This document shows positions 31,461 through 41,900 of a DNA stretch of 64,000 nt, piece after piece. The position numbers and the translations under genes are program-made. Within the stretch, counting starts at the first letter, position 1. Every line of letters starts with the position of its first letter. Origin of the DNA: Opitutales bacterium (GTDB lineage Bacteria; Verrucomicrobiota; Verrucomicrobiia; Opitutales; PNEW01); the NCBI GenBank assembly GCA_965197745.1, contig CBDANS010000007.1, forward strand, positions 1,408,001 to 1,472,000, read 5' to 3'. The notes under the pieces were generated by a model, which was not told where the DNA came from, ran no database searches, and was given only the letters and a program-made list of their open reading frames with translations.

Positions 31461-32798
31461 ATGGACTTAGAAGCCATTGAGAAACTTCCAGCGACAGAGA
31501 AAGAAGAAACCACCGCAGGTAATTACTTTGTGGCTAACTACCCGCCTTTTTCTTTTTGGAACACGGAAGATATAAAACAGGTTCACCGCATTATCGATAG
31601 GGAATCGCCGGCCGACGTGCCCTTGGGTATCTATTACCATATTCCCTTCTGCCGGAAACGCTGCCACTTTTGCTACTTTCGAGTATACACCGACAAGAAT
31701 GCAGCTCAGATAGCGGAATACCTCGATGCTACATTAAAAGAGTTACAGGCTTATACTGAAAAACCTTACATCCAGTCGCGAAAACCGAAATTCATTTACT
31801 TTGGTGGTGGCACCCCCTCTTATCTGTCAGCGAAGCAACTTACCAATCTAACGGACAGTATGAAGACACTGCTTCCCTGGGATGAGGTAGAAGAGGTGAC
31901 CTTTGAATGTGAACCCGGCACCTTAAGTGAAAAGAAACTCGAAGTCATAAAAAATCTGGGGACCACACGGCTGAGCCTGGGAATTGAAAATTTTGATGAT
32001 CACATCCTTGAAATTAATGGTCGGGCGCATCGATCCGAGGAAGTCTACCGCGCCTACGAATACGCCAGGTCTCTCAGCTACAAGCAAATTAACATCGATC
32101 TCATTGCCGGTATGGTAGGCGAAACCGATGATAATTGGAAACAGTGTATGAGGAAGACGCTCGAATTGAAACCTGACTGCGTCACCCTATACCAGATGGA
32201 AATTCCCTATAACACCACCATCTTCAAAGAAATGGAATCAGAGGGAAGGGAAGTAGCGCCCATTGCCAATTGGAAAACCAAACGGGATTGGGTGAAATAT
32301 GGATTCGAGCAACTTGAAAAAGCAGGTTATACTATAACCAGCGGATACACGGCGGTCAGTGACCCTCAAAAAACGCAGTTCGTATATCGTGATAAATTAT
32401 GGACAGGGGCTGATCTTCTTTCTTTAGGGGTTGCTTCCTTTGGTCATCTCGGAGGTGTCCATTACCAGAACATCACCCAGTTTGATAAATATGTAATGGA
32501 GATGGAGCAGGGAAAATTGCCAATCACCCGTGCCCTTGTTATCACTCCAGAAGAAAAGATGATTCGTGAATTAATTCTTCAACTGAAACTGGGCAGGGTC
32601 AGCCGTTCCTACTTTAATAATAAATTCGGCATTGATCTCAATGAGCTGTTTAAAGCGGAGCTTGACATTTTGCAGAATCGGGGATGGCTGAAAACAGAGG
32701 GAGAGCTTATAATTCTCACGCGTGATGCTCTTCTCCGCGTTGATTCCCTGCTACACAATTTCTTTCTCCCTAAACACAAGAACGCTCGTTATACATAA
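31461..32798 (+). CDS. HemN-like radical SAM enzyme
   Basis: YHIPFCRKRCHFC (CxxxCxxC), YFGGGTPS, RLSLG, NIDLI.G, G..SFG and a HemN-type C-terminal domain. Confidence 0.88.
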   Translation: MDLEAIEKLPATEKEETTAGNYFVANYPPFSFWNTEDIKQVHRIIDRESPADVPLGIYYHIPFCRKRCHFCYFRVYTDKNAAQIAEYLDATLKELQAYTEKPYIQSRKPKFIYFGGGTPSYLSAKQLTNLTDSMKTLLPWDEVEEVTFECEPGTLSEKKLEVIKNLGTTRLSLGIENFDDHILEINGRAHRSEEVYRAYEYARSLSYKQINIDLIAGMVGETDDNWKQCMRKTLELKPDCVTLYQMEIPYNTTIFKEMESEGREVAPIANWKTKRDWVKYGFEQLEKAGYTITSGYTAVSDPQKTQFVYRDKLWTGADLLSLGVASFGHLGGVHYQNITQFDKYVMEMEQGKLPITRALVITPEEKMIRELILQLKLGRVSRSYFNNKFGIDLNELFKAELDILQNRGWLKTEGELIILTRDALLRVDSLLHNFFLPKHKNARYT

Positions 32799-32808
32799 TC
32801 CTATTTCC

Positions 32809-33366
32809 ATGTCAGGTCTGATCGATGATGGTGATCCCCAATTACTCTATCCACTGTCCCTGTTTTGCGATATCAATAGTAATGAGACTCTCTCCATTCG
32901 GGGTATCGCGGATAGTGCACTAGCGGAGCCCTATCGCAGTCTGCTTGCGCATGACAGTGATATGACCACAAAATTGGAGAATTATTATCACGGCTCTATA
33001 GAACTTCTTGTGCTACAATGCAGGACTGAAGACAATTCTCACCGTCGCGAGGTTGTCTTGCGCATGAAGGAAAATAAACAACCGGTAGAATACGGGGCTA
33101 TCGATATCAATTTAGCGGCCTTTAAAGATCCTGTTCGTGGGCAAATACTCGAGGGTCATCGACCTCTGGGGGGGATATTATTAGAACATAAAATCCAGTA
33201 TAAAAGTCAGCCGAAGCTATTTATCGAACTTACATCGAATAAGGTGATAAACAATGCTCTTGGGCTCGCTCGCGCTTCGGTGCTTTATGGGCGAAGCAAT
33301 GTTTTAATAGGAGCATCAGAAGTAACATTGGCGCATATTGTTGAAATTTTGCCACCCTCGAGTTGA
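32809..33366 (+). CDS. chorismate pyruvate-lyase (UbiC)-like protein
   Basis: LL.H..DMT..LE, REV.L, PLG.IL, YGR.......I.E.LP pattern; start placed at ATG 32809. Confidence 0.68.
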   Translation: MSGLIDDGDPQLLYPLSLFCDINSNETLSIRGIADSALAEPYRSLLAHDSDMTTKLENYYHGSIELLVLQCRTEDNSHRREVVLRMKENKQPVEYGAIDINLAAFKDPVRGQILEGHRPLGGILLEHKIQYKSQPKLFIELTSNKVINNALGLARASVLYGRSNVLIGASEVTLAHIVEILPPSS

Positions 33367-33385
33367 ACGGTATCAGTAATGAGAC

Positions 33386-34645
33386 ATGCAAGAAAATCAT
33401 TCATATGATGCCATCGTTATTGGTGGAGGCCCTGCCGGTTCGACCGCCGCTGCGGTTCTCGCAGAGAAAGGACAGGATGTTCTCATGCTCGAAAAAGAAA
33501 AGTTCCCGCGCTATCATATTGGGGAATCCCTTATGCCGTTTTGTTATTTCACTCTTGAGCGTCTCGGTATCATTGATCAGCTGAAACAATCAGCCTTTCC
33601 CAAAAAATACAGCGTTCAGTTCGTGCGCGAAGACGGCGAAGTATCTCAACCTTTTTACTTTTTCCAGCACTTTGATCATGAAGCTTCAACTACCTGGCAG
33701 GTTTTAAGGTCTGAATTTGACTTGATGCTCTTAGACAATGCCCGTCGCCATGGCACGGAAGTGCGCGAGCAGACAGCGGTGAAAAGCCTGATAAAAAAAG
33801 ACGGGGCTGTTGTGGGAGTAGAAGCCGTAACCGGCAATGGCCCAATGTGTGAATTTAGAGCGCCGGTTACGATTGATGCATCAGGTCGCGATTGTTTAAG
33901 CGCGGTTAAGGAAAAATGGAGACTGCGCGACCCGCAACTCAACAAAATTTCTATATGGACCTATTACCGTGGGGCCAAGCGTGATCCCGGCCTCGATGCG
34001 GGTGCCACTACTATCGCATACATTGCTGATAAAGGCTGGTTCTGGTATATTCCGATGTCAGATGATTGCGTGAGCGTGGGGGTTGTTGCGGAAAGAGAAT
34101 ACCTCTATGAAAATACACGCGACTTGAAATCTATTTTTGAACGCGAGGTTGAAAACAATTCCTGGATTAAAGACCACCTGGAGTGTGGAGTGCAAACTGG
34201 TCCTTACTTCGTGACGGGAGAATACTCTTACCGATCAAAATACTGTGCGGCCGATGGGCTCGTTCTTGTCGGCGATGCCTTTGCATTTTTAGATCCTGTT
34301 TTTTCTTCGGGGGTGTTCCTCGCCTTATGGAGTGGAGAAATGGCCGGGCACGCGGTTAATTCCGCCTTGGCAGCGGGTGATTGTTCAGGCGCCCGTTTCA
34401 CTGAATACGGTGAAAATCTCTGTCGTGGCATTGAAGCGATGCGCAAACTCGTATACGCCTTTTATGATATCAACTTTAGTTTCGGTAAACTTCTCAGACA
34501 ATATCCTCATTTGCGTGGAAGACTTACCGACTGTTTAATCGGTGATCTTTTTGATAAGGATTTTGGTGAGCTCTTTTCCGTCATTGAAAAAATGGCAAAG
34601 CTCCCTGAATCGCTTGACTACGGTCAGATGCCCGCGAATCTATGA
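33386..34645 (+). CDS. flavin-dependent halogenase-family oxidoreductase
   Basis: GGGPAG, FPRYHIGES, FPKK (Lys), IDASG, WFWYIP (WxWxIP), GDA.AFLDPVFSSG (FxxPxxSxG). Confidence 0.8.
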   Translation: MQENHSYDAIVIGGGPAGSTAAAVLAEKGQDVLMLEKEKFPRYHIGESLMPFCYFTLERLGIIDQLKQSAFPKKYSVQFVREDGEVSQPFYFFQHFDHEASTTWQVLRSEFDLMLLDNARRHGTEVREQTAVKSLIKKDGAVVGVEAVTGNGPMCEFRAPVTIDASGRDCLSAVKEKWRLRDPQLNKISIWTYYRGAKRDPGLDAGATTIAYIADKGWFWYIPMSDDCVSVGVVAEREYLYENTRDLKSIFEREVENNSWIKDHLECGVQTGPYFVTGEYSYRSKYCAADGLVLVGDAFAFLDPVFSSGVFLALWSGEMAGHAVNSALAAGDCSGARFTEYGENLCRGIEAMRKLVYAFYDINFSFGKLLRQYPHLRGRLTDCLIGDLFDKDFGELFSVIEKMAKLPESLDYGQMPANL

Positions 34646-35940
34646 ACATTGTATTTCTTACCCCGGGGACGGGCAGTTATTATTGTGGTGTTTGCATGCG
34701 AGATAATGCCCTGGTATCCGCATTAAGACAACGGGGCCACGATGCAATTATGCTGCCGATTTACCTTCCGATTGTTACTGACGAACCCTCAGAAAGTAAT
34801 GAAATGCCCCTGTTTTTCGGAGGTATTAATGTTTATCTTCAACAGAAGTTCTCCTTCTTTCGTAATACCCCCCTCTGGATAGACAACTTGTTTAACAACC
34901 GAAGCTTGCTTAAATTAGCCAGTCATCGAAGTGGCATGACCCGGGGCGCCGATTTGGGAGCGATGACTGTTTCCATGCTTGAAGGTGATGATGGTCGACA
35001 AGCAAAAGAAATTAACAAACTTGTAAATTGGCTGAGAGAGCAGAAAAAACCGGATGTCATCTGCCTCTCCACTGCCTTGCAAGTGGGAATGGCGAGACAG
35101 ATAAAAAAAGATCTATCCGTGCCTGTTATTTGCTTTTTCCAGGGAGAAGACACTTTTCTTAATTCTTTTACTCAACCTTTCAGCGAGAAGGCCTGGATGA
35201 TACTCCGCGATCGCGTAAAAGACATTGATGGTTTCGTAGCCCCCAGTAACTATTTTGCTCAATTGATGAAGGAACGATTGCAGCTTAGTGAAGATCAGAT
35301 ACGCACTATTCCAAATGGAATCAATCTGGATGGGTTTTCGCCATCCTCCTCATTACCTGATCTTCCCGTCATTGGTTATCTGGCAAAAATGATGGAAAGT
35401 AAAGGGCTGGGTTTGCTTATCGACGCGTTCATTTTACTGAAAAAACGTGCGAATGGTAAGCATAGCAAGTTGCGGGTTGCAGGAGCTGTAACACCAAGTG
35501 ACAAAGCGTTTATTGAACAACAGAAACAGAAATTAAAAAAAGCCGGTTTAATTGCAGAAGTGGAGTTTATTCCCAATATTGATCGGAAATCTAAAATCGA
35601 ATTTTTAAATAAACTTACCATTTTTTCTGTTCCAGCCACTTACGGAGAGGCCTTTGGGTTATACTTAATTGAGGCTTTGGCGACAGGTGTCCCGGTGGTC
35701 CAGCCCCGTCATGCGGCGTTTCCTGAACTGATCGAGGCTACGGGCGGGGGCCGGCTCTGTGAACCAGACGATCCTGTATCGCTGGCTGACCATTGGGAGG
35801 CATTATTGGGCAACCCGGAAGAGGCCCGAACAATGGGACTCCGGGGACGCCAATCAGTGATTGATAAATATTCAATCTCGCGTATGGCTAATATTTTTGA
35901 AATGAGCTGCAAAGAAATAATAGAACCCGCGGTGGATTGA
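34642..35940 (+). CDS. glycosyltransferase family 4
   Basis: IPNGI, KGL..LI.AF, EAFGL.LIEA.A.GVPVV. Confidence 0.9.
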   Translation: MNIVFLTPGTGSYYCGVCMRDNALVSALRQRGHDAIMLPIYLPIVTDEPSESNEMPLFFGGINVYLQQKFSFFRNTPLWIDNLFNNRSLLKLASHRSGMTRGADLGAMTVSMLEGDDGRQAKEINKLVNWLREQKKPDVICLSTALQVGMARQIKKDLSVPVICFFQGEDTFLNSFTQPFSEKAWMILRDRVKDIDGFVAPSNYFAQLMKERLQLSEDQIRTIPNGINLDGFSPSSSLPDLPVIGYLAKMMESKGLGLLIDAFILLKKRANGKHSKLRVAGAVTPSDKAFIEQQKQKLKKAGLIAEVEFIPNIDRKSKIEFLNKLTIFSVPATYGEAFGLYLIEALATGVPVVQPRHAAFPELIEATGGGRLCEPDDPVSLADHWEALLGNPEEARTMGLRGRQSVIDKYSISRMANIFEMSCKEIIEPAVD

Positions 35941-36386
35941 TGGCTTACGAATTTAAATTGAAACGACAGGTCGAATTCGCCGAGACAGACATGGCCGGGA
36001 TCATGCATTTTTCGAATTTCTTTCGCTACATGGAAGAAACCGAGCACGCTTTTTTTCGATCACTTGGGATCTCAGTGCACCAGAAATCCGACAGTCAGAT
36101 TGTCGGTTGGCCTCGTGTGAATGCCAGTTGTGAGTATTCACACCCGTTGAAGTTCGAAGAAAATGTGGAAATTCATTTACTGGTTGTAGAAATTCGCCGA
36201 AGTTCGATTACCTATTATTTCCATTTTCGTAAATTGGCTGGCGATGAGAGAGTTGATGTGGCTCGGGGAAGGATCACGACTATTTGTGCCCGTTTGAATA
36301 CGAAGAATGGTGAATTGGAAACCATTGCTATTCCCCCTGAAATTCTTGAAAAAATTGACACCGTGCCTCCTGAATTGCTCGGGTGA
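35937..36386 (+). CDS. acyl-CoA thioesterase (4-hydroxybenzoyl-CoA/YbgC hot-dog family)
   Basis: V.F.ETD.AG..HF.N.FRY.E..E motif. Confidence 0.88.
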   Translation: MMAYEFKLKRQVEFAETDMAGIMHFSNFFRYMEETEHAFFRSLGISVHQKSDSQIVGWPRVNASCEYSHPLKFEENVEIHLLVVEIRRSSITYYFHFRKLAGDERVDVARGRITTICARLNTKNGELETIAIPPEILEKIDTVPPELLG

Positions 36387-36450
36387 AAGCTGAACTATAC
36401 TATCTTTATCAAATAATATAATGAAAATTAAAAATGGAGTAAGACCTAAT

Positions 36451-36963
36451 ATGAATTGGTTATTCTTTGCCTTAATGACGGTGCTTTTTTGGGGAATATA
36501 CGGAGTTTTTCTGCACTCCGGTCAAATGAATATGGCTGATCCAGAGAACGGGCGTTACAAAGCGTTTTTGTTTGTGGGAATCGCCTATTTTTTTGCCGCA
36601 ATTATCGCTCCGATAATATTGCTTTTAATTAATGATGCCTCCTGGTCGTTTCCCGGAAAAGGTGTATTCTGGTCATTAATTGCCGGGGTAACCGGTGCGA
36701 TCGGAGCCTTTTGCGTCCTTCTCGCTTTCGGAGCGAAAGGATCTCCCAGTGTGGTCATGGCTATCGTCTTTGCGGGTGCTCCCATTGTGAATGCTCTCGT
36801 AGCTCTGCTCTGGCATCCACCTTCGGGTGGGTGGGGAGCTATTCGTTGGCCTTTTTATCTGGGTATTCTGTTAGCCGCATTGGGCGGTTGCCTCGTGACT
36901 TTATATAAACCTGCTCCAGCAGTGCATGTAACCAGTAATGCGGTTGAGCAAGGGCAAAAGTGA
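36451..36963 (+). CDS. small DMT/EamA-like membrane protein
   Basis: WL.FAL....WG, S..AG..GA.G; about 5 TM helices; alternative start 36421. Confidence 0.7.
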   Translation: MNWLFFALMTVLFWGIYGVFLHSGQMNMADPENGRYKAFLFVGIAYFFAAIIAPIILLLINDASWSFPGKGVFWSLIAGVTGAIGAFCVLLAFGAKGSPSVVMAIVFAGAPIVNALVALLWHPPSGGWGAIRWPFYLGILLAALGGCLVTLYKPAPAVHVTSNAVEQGQK

Positions 36964-38237
36964 CCTCGCAGGATAGTCAACTTAAACAGCTTCAAGCCTT
37001 GCTAAAGGGGCTGGTCCCTACGAACAGTTTTTACTCCCAACGCCTGCACGATGCCGGTATTGATGAGTCGATTGGCAGCCTTGAGGATTTTTCTCAACGC
37101 ATGCCTTTCACCTATAAGTCAGAGATCGTTGAGGACCAGTCGAAATGCCCGCCCTATGGTTCAAATTTAACATTTCCCCTTGATCAATACACCCGTTTTA
37201 ACCAGACGAGTGCCACAAGGGGAAACCCGATGATTTGGCTGGACACCCAGGAGAGCTGGGAATGGATGCTAGCTAATTGGTCGGTAATCTACGCGAAGGC
37301 CGGTGTCGAACCGGGCGATAGATTATATTTTGCTTTTTCCTTTGGTCCTTTTCTCGGATTTTGGACCGCATTTGAATCAGCGACAAGGTTTGGCTGTTTA
37401 TGTATTCCGGGAGGGGGTCTGAGCAGCGTAGCAAGGATAAATGCGATCATTCAACATAAGGTGAAGTTTCTTTGCTGCACACCTACTTATGCGTTGCATT
37501 TAGCTGAAGTAGCCGTTGCCGAGAATATCAATCTGAAGGACTCAACCGTTGAAACCATAATTGTCGCGGGTGAACCGGGCGGCAGTTTGCCCCATGTCTG
37601 CGATCGCGTCACTGAATTATGGAATGGCGCTCATATGTTTGATCATTACGGGATGACTGAAGTCGGACCTGTGGCATATGAGGATCATGAGCGCGAGGGA
37701 ATAATGCGTATCATTGAAAGCAGCTACTTTGTCGAAGTTGTAAACTCACAAACCGGTAAAACCGACCAATCCGGTGAAGTGGGTGAGCTGGTCTTAACGA
37801 CCCTGGGCCGGTTGGGGTCACCACTATTGCGCTATCGAACCGGTGATTTAGTTAAGCCCATTAAAATGGAAGAGAAAGGAAGTTCAGGAATAGCCCTGGA
37901 GAAAGGTATTCTTGGACGTGCCGACGACATGATCGTGGTGCGTGGGGTTAACCTCTATCCTAGCGCGGTCGACGATGTCATAAGATCGTGTCAGGATATT
38001 GTCGAATATCGCGTGAACATAAGTCGCCTTGAGTCTCTTTTGGAGGTATCGATCGAAGTGGAACTGGATAAGCATACAAAAAGCATGGATCCCGTGCGCC
38101 ATATAGAAAATGCTTTAAAGACTGCTTTTTCTCTCCGCATTCCGGTAATGATAGTAGAGCCCGGGTTACTTCCACGCTTTGAGATGAAAGCTCAGCGCTG
38201 GCAGTACCCGGACCCGGATAACCCGAGGGGAGCGTAA
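36960..38237 (+). CDS. phenylacetate-CoA ligase (PaaK)-like protein
   Basis: PFT.K, TSATRG.P, AGEPG, YGMTEVG, GELVLT.L, RYRTGD, GRADDM.VVRGVN.YP. Confidence 0.88.
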   Translation: MTSQDSQLKQLQALLKGLVPTNSFYSQRLHDAGIDESIGSLEDFSQRMPFTYKSEIVEDQSKCPPYGSNLTFPLDQYTRFNQTSATRGNPMIWLDTQESWEWMLANWSVIYAKAGVEPGDRLYFAFSFGPFLGFWTAFESATRFGCLCIPGGGLSSVARINAIIQHKVKFLCCTPTYALHLAEVAVAENINLKDSTVETIIVAGEPGGSLPHVCDRVTELWNGAHMFDHYGMTEVGPVAYEDHEREGIMRIIESSYFVEVVNSQTGKTDQSGEVGELVLTTLGRLGSPLLRYRTGDLVKPIKMEEKGSSGIALEKGILGRADDMIVVRGVNLYPSAVDDVIRSCQDIVEYRVNISRLESLLEVSIEVELDKHTKSMDPVRHIENALKTAFSLRIPVMIVEPGLLPRFEMKAQRWQYPDPDNPRGA

Positions 38238-38240
38238 ATA

Positions 38241-38936
38241 ATGCTGCTGGAGATTAATAAAGTTGATAAAAGTTACGATGCGCCGAAAGGAGGAGAACGC
38301 ATTGAGGTATTGAAAGGTATTAACCTGACAGTGGATGCTGGCGAAGCCATTGCTATCGTCGGTCCTTCCGGTTCCGGTAAAAGCACCTTGTTGAATATCA
38401 TAGGTGGTTTAGACTGGCAGACGTCCGGGCAGTTACTGATCGAGGGGCAGAATATTTTACATTTTAATGAAAGGGAGTTGGCCTCTTTCCGCAATAGAAC
38501 AGTGGGTTTTGTTTTTCAGTTACATCACTTGCTGCCACAATGCAGCATACTGGAAAATGTTTTGATTCCCTCGATTGCCCGTAAGGGCTCCCTTGACCGT
38601 GAAAAAATAATACAGCGTGCGGAGCACTTGCTCGAAGCGGTTCATTTAGAGCATCGCCTCACCCATCGGCCGGGAGAGCTTTCGGGCGGCGAACGTCAAC
38701 GCGCCGCGGTAGCGCGGGCGCTTATAAATGATCCCAAACTTCTCCTTGCCGATGAACCTACCGGTTCACTCGATAGAGAATTTTCAGAAAGTATGATCGA
38801 ACTTCTAACTGAATTAAATCGAAGTATGAAAGTAGCATTGATCATGGTTACTCATGCCGCCGATCTCGCCGCACGCATGCAGCGTGTTTTTGCATTGGAA
38901 GACGGCAAGTTGAATCTTCAGGACATTAATCCATGA
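38241..38936 (+). CDS. ABC transporter ATP-binding protein (LolD/MacB type)
   Basis: GPSGSGKS, LSGGERQR, LLADEPTG.LD, VTH. Confidence 0.95.
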   Translation: MLLEINKVDKSYDAPKGGERIEVLKGINLTVDAGEAIAIVGPSGSGKSTLLNIIGGLDWQTSGQLLIEGQNILHFNERELASFRNRTVGFVFQLHHLLPQCSILENVLIPSIARKGSLDREKIIQRAEHLLEAVHLEHRLTHRPGELSGGERQRAAVARALINDPKLLLADEPTGSLDREFSESMIELLTELNRSMKVALIMVTHAADLAARMQRVFALEDGKLNLQDINP

Positions 38937-41900
38937 GCTCATGGACGATCGTTTGGCGTAGCCTGCTTTATTATAGGCGCACCCATTTAGGAGTAATCCT
39001 CGGAACGGCGTTAAGCGCGATGGTTCTCATTGGCGCGCTGTTAGTTGGTGACTCCGTAAAATCTACCCTTAAGGAACTGGCGCTGTTACGTATTGGAGAG
39101 ATCGATGCATCCCTCTATTCTTCTGACCGTTATTTTCGAGAAGATCTGGCTGATGATTTGAAATTAGCCTGGGAGGAAGCGGTCACGATTGCTCCCGCTG
39201 TCATGCTGCAAGGGAATGTTACGACACCCGACAGGGCCAGTCGCGCAAATGATGTACAAATACTGGGAGTCGACAATCGGTTTTGGCAGCTTTCTCCCTC
39301 GGGTAAATCACAACCTTTTACTTCGTTAAATGAAATACATATAAACACAAAGCTGGCCACTAAACTGGATGTCGCGCCAGGTGATACCTTGGTCTTGCGT
39401 GTAGAGAAGCCGGGGAATCTTTCACGCGATGCTCCCTTGTCAGGAGCTCATGATTCGATAATTGCTATTCGCGGGGTAATTAAGTCGGTTGTCTCAGATG
39501 AAGATTTTGGCCGATTCGGTCTACAAGCGAGCCAGATCCCATCCCCTAATGTTTACCTGTCGCTTCCACTGATTCAAGAAAGATTAGACTTAAAAAAGAA
39601 AGCAAACATGCTCTTGGTGGGGAGTCCCGGAAGTCATTCCATTACCGCAGATCGAGTTAATCTCATACTGCAGAAACAATGGCAGCTGGAGGATATGAGC
39701 TTAAGTATTCGTGAGCTGATGCCAGCCAGGGGATGGGAGCTTCGATCAAATCAGGTATTTCTCGATCCTTCTATTACTCGGGCGGTGCACGCCATACTCC
39801 CCAATCGCACCGATGTTCTGACTTATTTTGTAAACGAAATTCGCACTCGTGATCGAGTCACGCCTTATTCTTTTGTCACCGCCTTTAATCCAACTGTGAA
39901 CAGTTTTATACCGGATGAATTAGGGGAGGATGAAATTATTATTAACCAGTGGCTGGCCGATGACCTCGATGTGAAAATTGGTGAGTCGATCGAACTGCGT
40001 TACTATGTCGTGGGTGAACGGCGGAATCTTGTAGAGCGCTTGCGTCAATTTCAAGTGCGTCATATCCTCCCTATGACTCATCCTGGCATCAACCTTTCGT
40101 GGATGCCCGATTTCCCTGGACTGGCAGACGCAGAAAATTGTCGCGACTGGGAACCGGGTATTCCCATAGAATTGGATCGCATCCGAGACAAAGATGAAAC
40201 GTATTGGGACCAATACCGCGGTACACCCAAAGCCTTCATAAATCTTTCAAGGGGACAGGAAATGTGGTCAAATCGTTGGGGGAATTTAACAGCCATCCGC
40301 TATCAACAGGAGATTATAACGCGTGAAATATTTACTGCTTCTCTTCGAGACCAGATGGATATCACTCGAGTCGGATTATATTTTATTCCTCTTCGTGAGG
40401 AGACACTTGCTGCGACCCAATCTCCCATTGATTTTGGACAACTGTTTATTGGCTTCAGTTTCTTTATAATAACAGCTTCAGCCGTGCTTACGGGTCTGTT
40501 ATTTGTTTTTTCGGTGGAACAGCGAAATCACGAAACAGGATTATTACTGGCCGTGGGGTTTCGGGGCAAAGAGACGGGTCAACTAATCTTACGGGAAGGG
40601 GCCATCCTGAGTGTGATCGGCAGTTTGATTGGTGCGGGTGCGGCTGTAATATACACCCACATTGTAATTTACGCACTTTCGACGGTATGGCGCGATGCCG
40701 TGGGCGCGGTTGTTTTTTCATTTAAGGCAATGCCCTCAACCATAGGGGGAGGCATTATTTTAAATATAATAATAGCGCTCTTTGTTATGTGGCTTGCCAG
40801 TCGTAAGCAATTGCGTCGACCCGTAAGTCAACTATTAGGAGCCGAAGGGCTTTATGAGCAATTGGATTCGAGAGGGACAAAGATTCATAATCGAAGAGCC
40901 ATTATGATAAGTGTTCTATCTTTTCTGCTCGCTCTCTCAATAATCTACCTTGTCGGTGTTATAGGAAAGGGACATGAAGCTGAGATATTTTTTGGCGCAG
41001 GCAGTTTATTATTAATTTCCGGAGTCGCTTTATTTTCTGCGTGGTTGGGGAGGATATCACAATCAGGTGGGGGGGTGTCAGGTATCTCCCATCTCGGGCA
41101 ACTGAACGTGACGCGGCGACGCGGGCGCAGCCTGGCCACTACGGCAGTACTCGCTTGTGGGGTCTTTATGGTAGTGGCTGTAAATACTTTTCGTCATGAC
41201 CCATTAAAATCAGCTTCCGAACGCCGTTCGGGAACGGGCGGATTTGCCTTGATTGGGGAATCGACAATACCTGTTTACCACGATCTGAATGAAGCATCCG
41301 TTCACCAATTGTTTGTTCTTAATAAAACGATCATGGAAGGTGTAGCATTTGTGCCTTTCCGTGTTTTGAACGGTGACGATGCCAGTTGTTTAAATTTAAA
41401 TCGCGCGCAAAGACCCAGACTCTTAGGAGTGAAACCCGATGACTTGCATGAACGTGGAGCATTTCGATTTTCATCACTCAGCGAAAGCATCTCACCCGCC
41501 GATGGTTGGCGTATCCTGGAGACTGAAATATCCGACAGAGTAATACCGGCAGTCGCTGATGAGGTCACAGTAAAATGGGCCCTGGGGAAGACGCTGGATG
41601 ATACTTTAACCTTTAAGGATGAACGAGGACAGCCATTCGAGTTACAAATTGCAGGGATTGTTGCCGGTTCAATATTGCAAGGTAACCTGATTATTTCGGA
41701 AGAACAGTTCATTGATAAATTCCCATCGCATTCTGGTTATAAGGCGTTTCTAATTGATACCCCTATAGAAAACGCGGAAACTGTGGTGACGCATCTTGCA
41801 CAATCGCTTGAGAATCTGGGGTTGGAACTGACACCTGCGTGGATTCGTCTTGCGGAATTCCAGAGCATAGAGCACGCCTATATTTCTATCTTCCAAGTCC

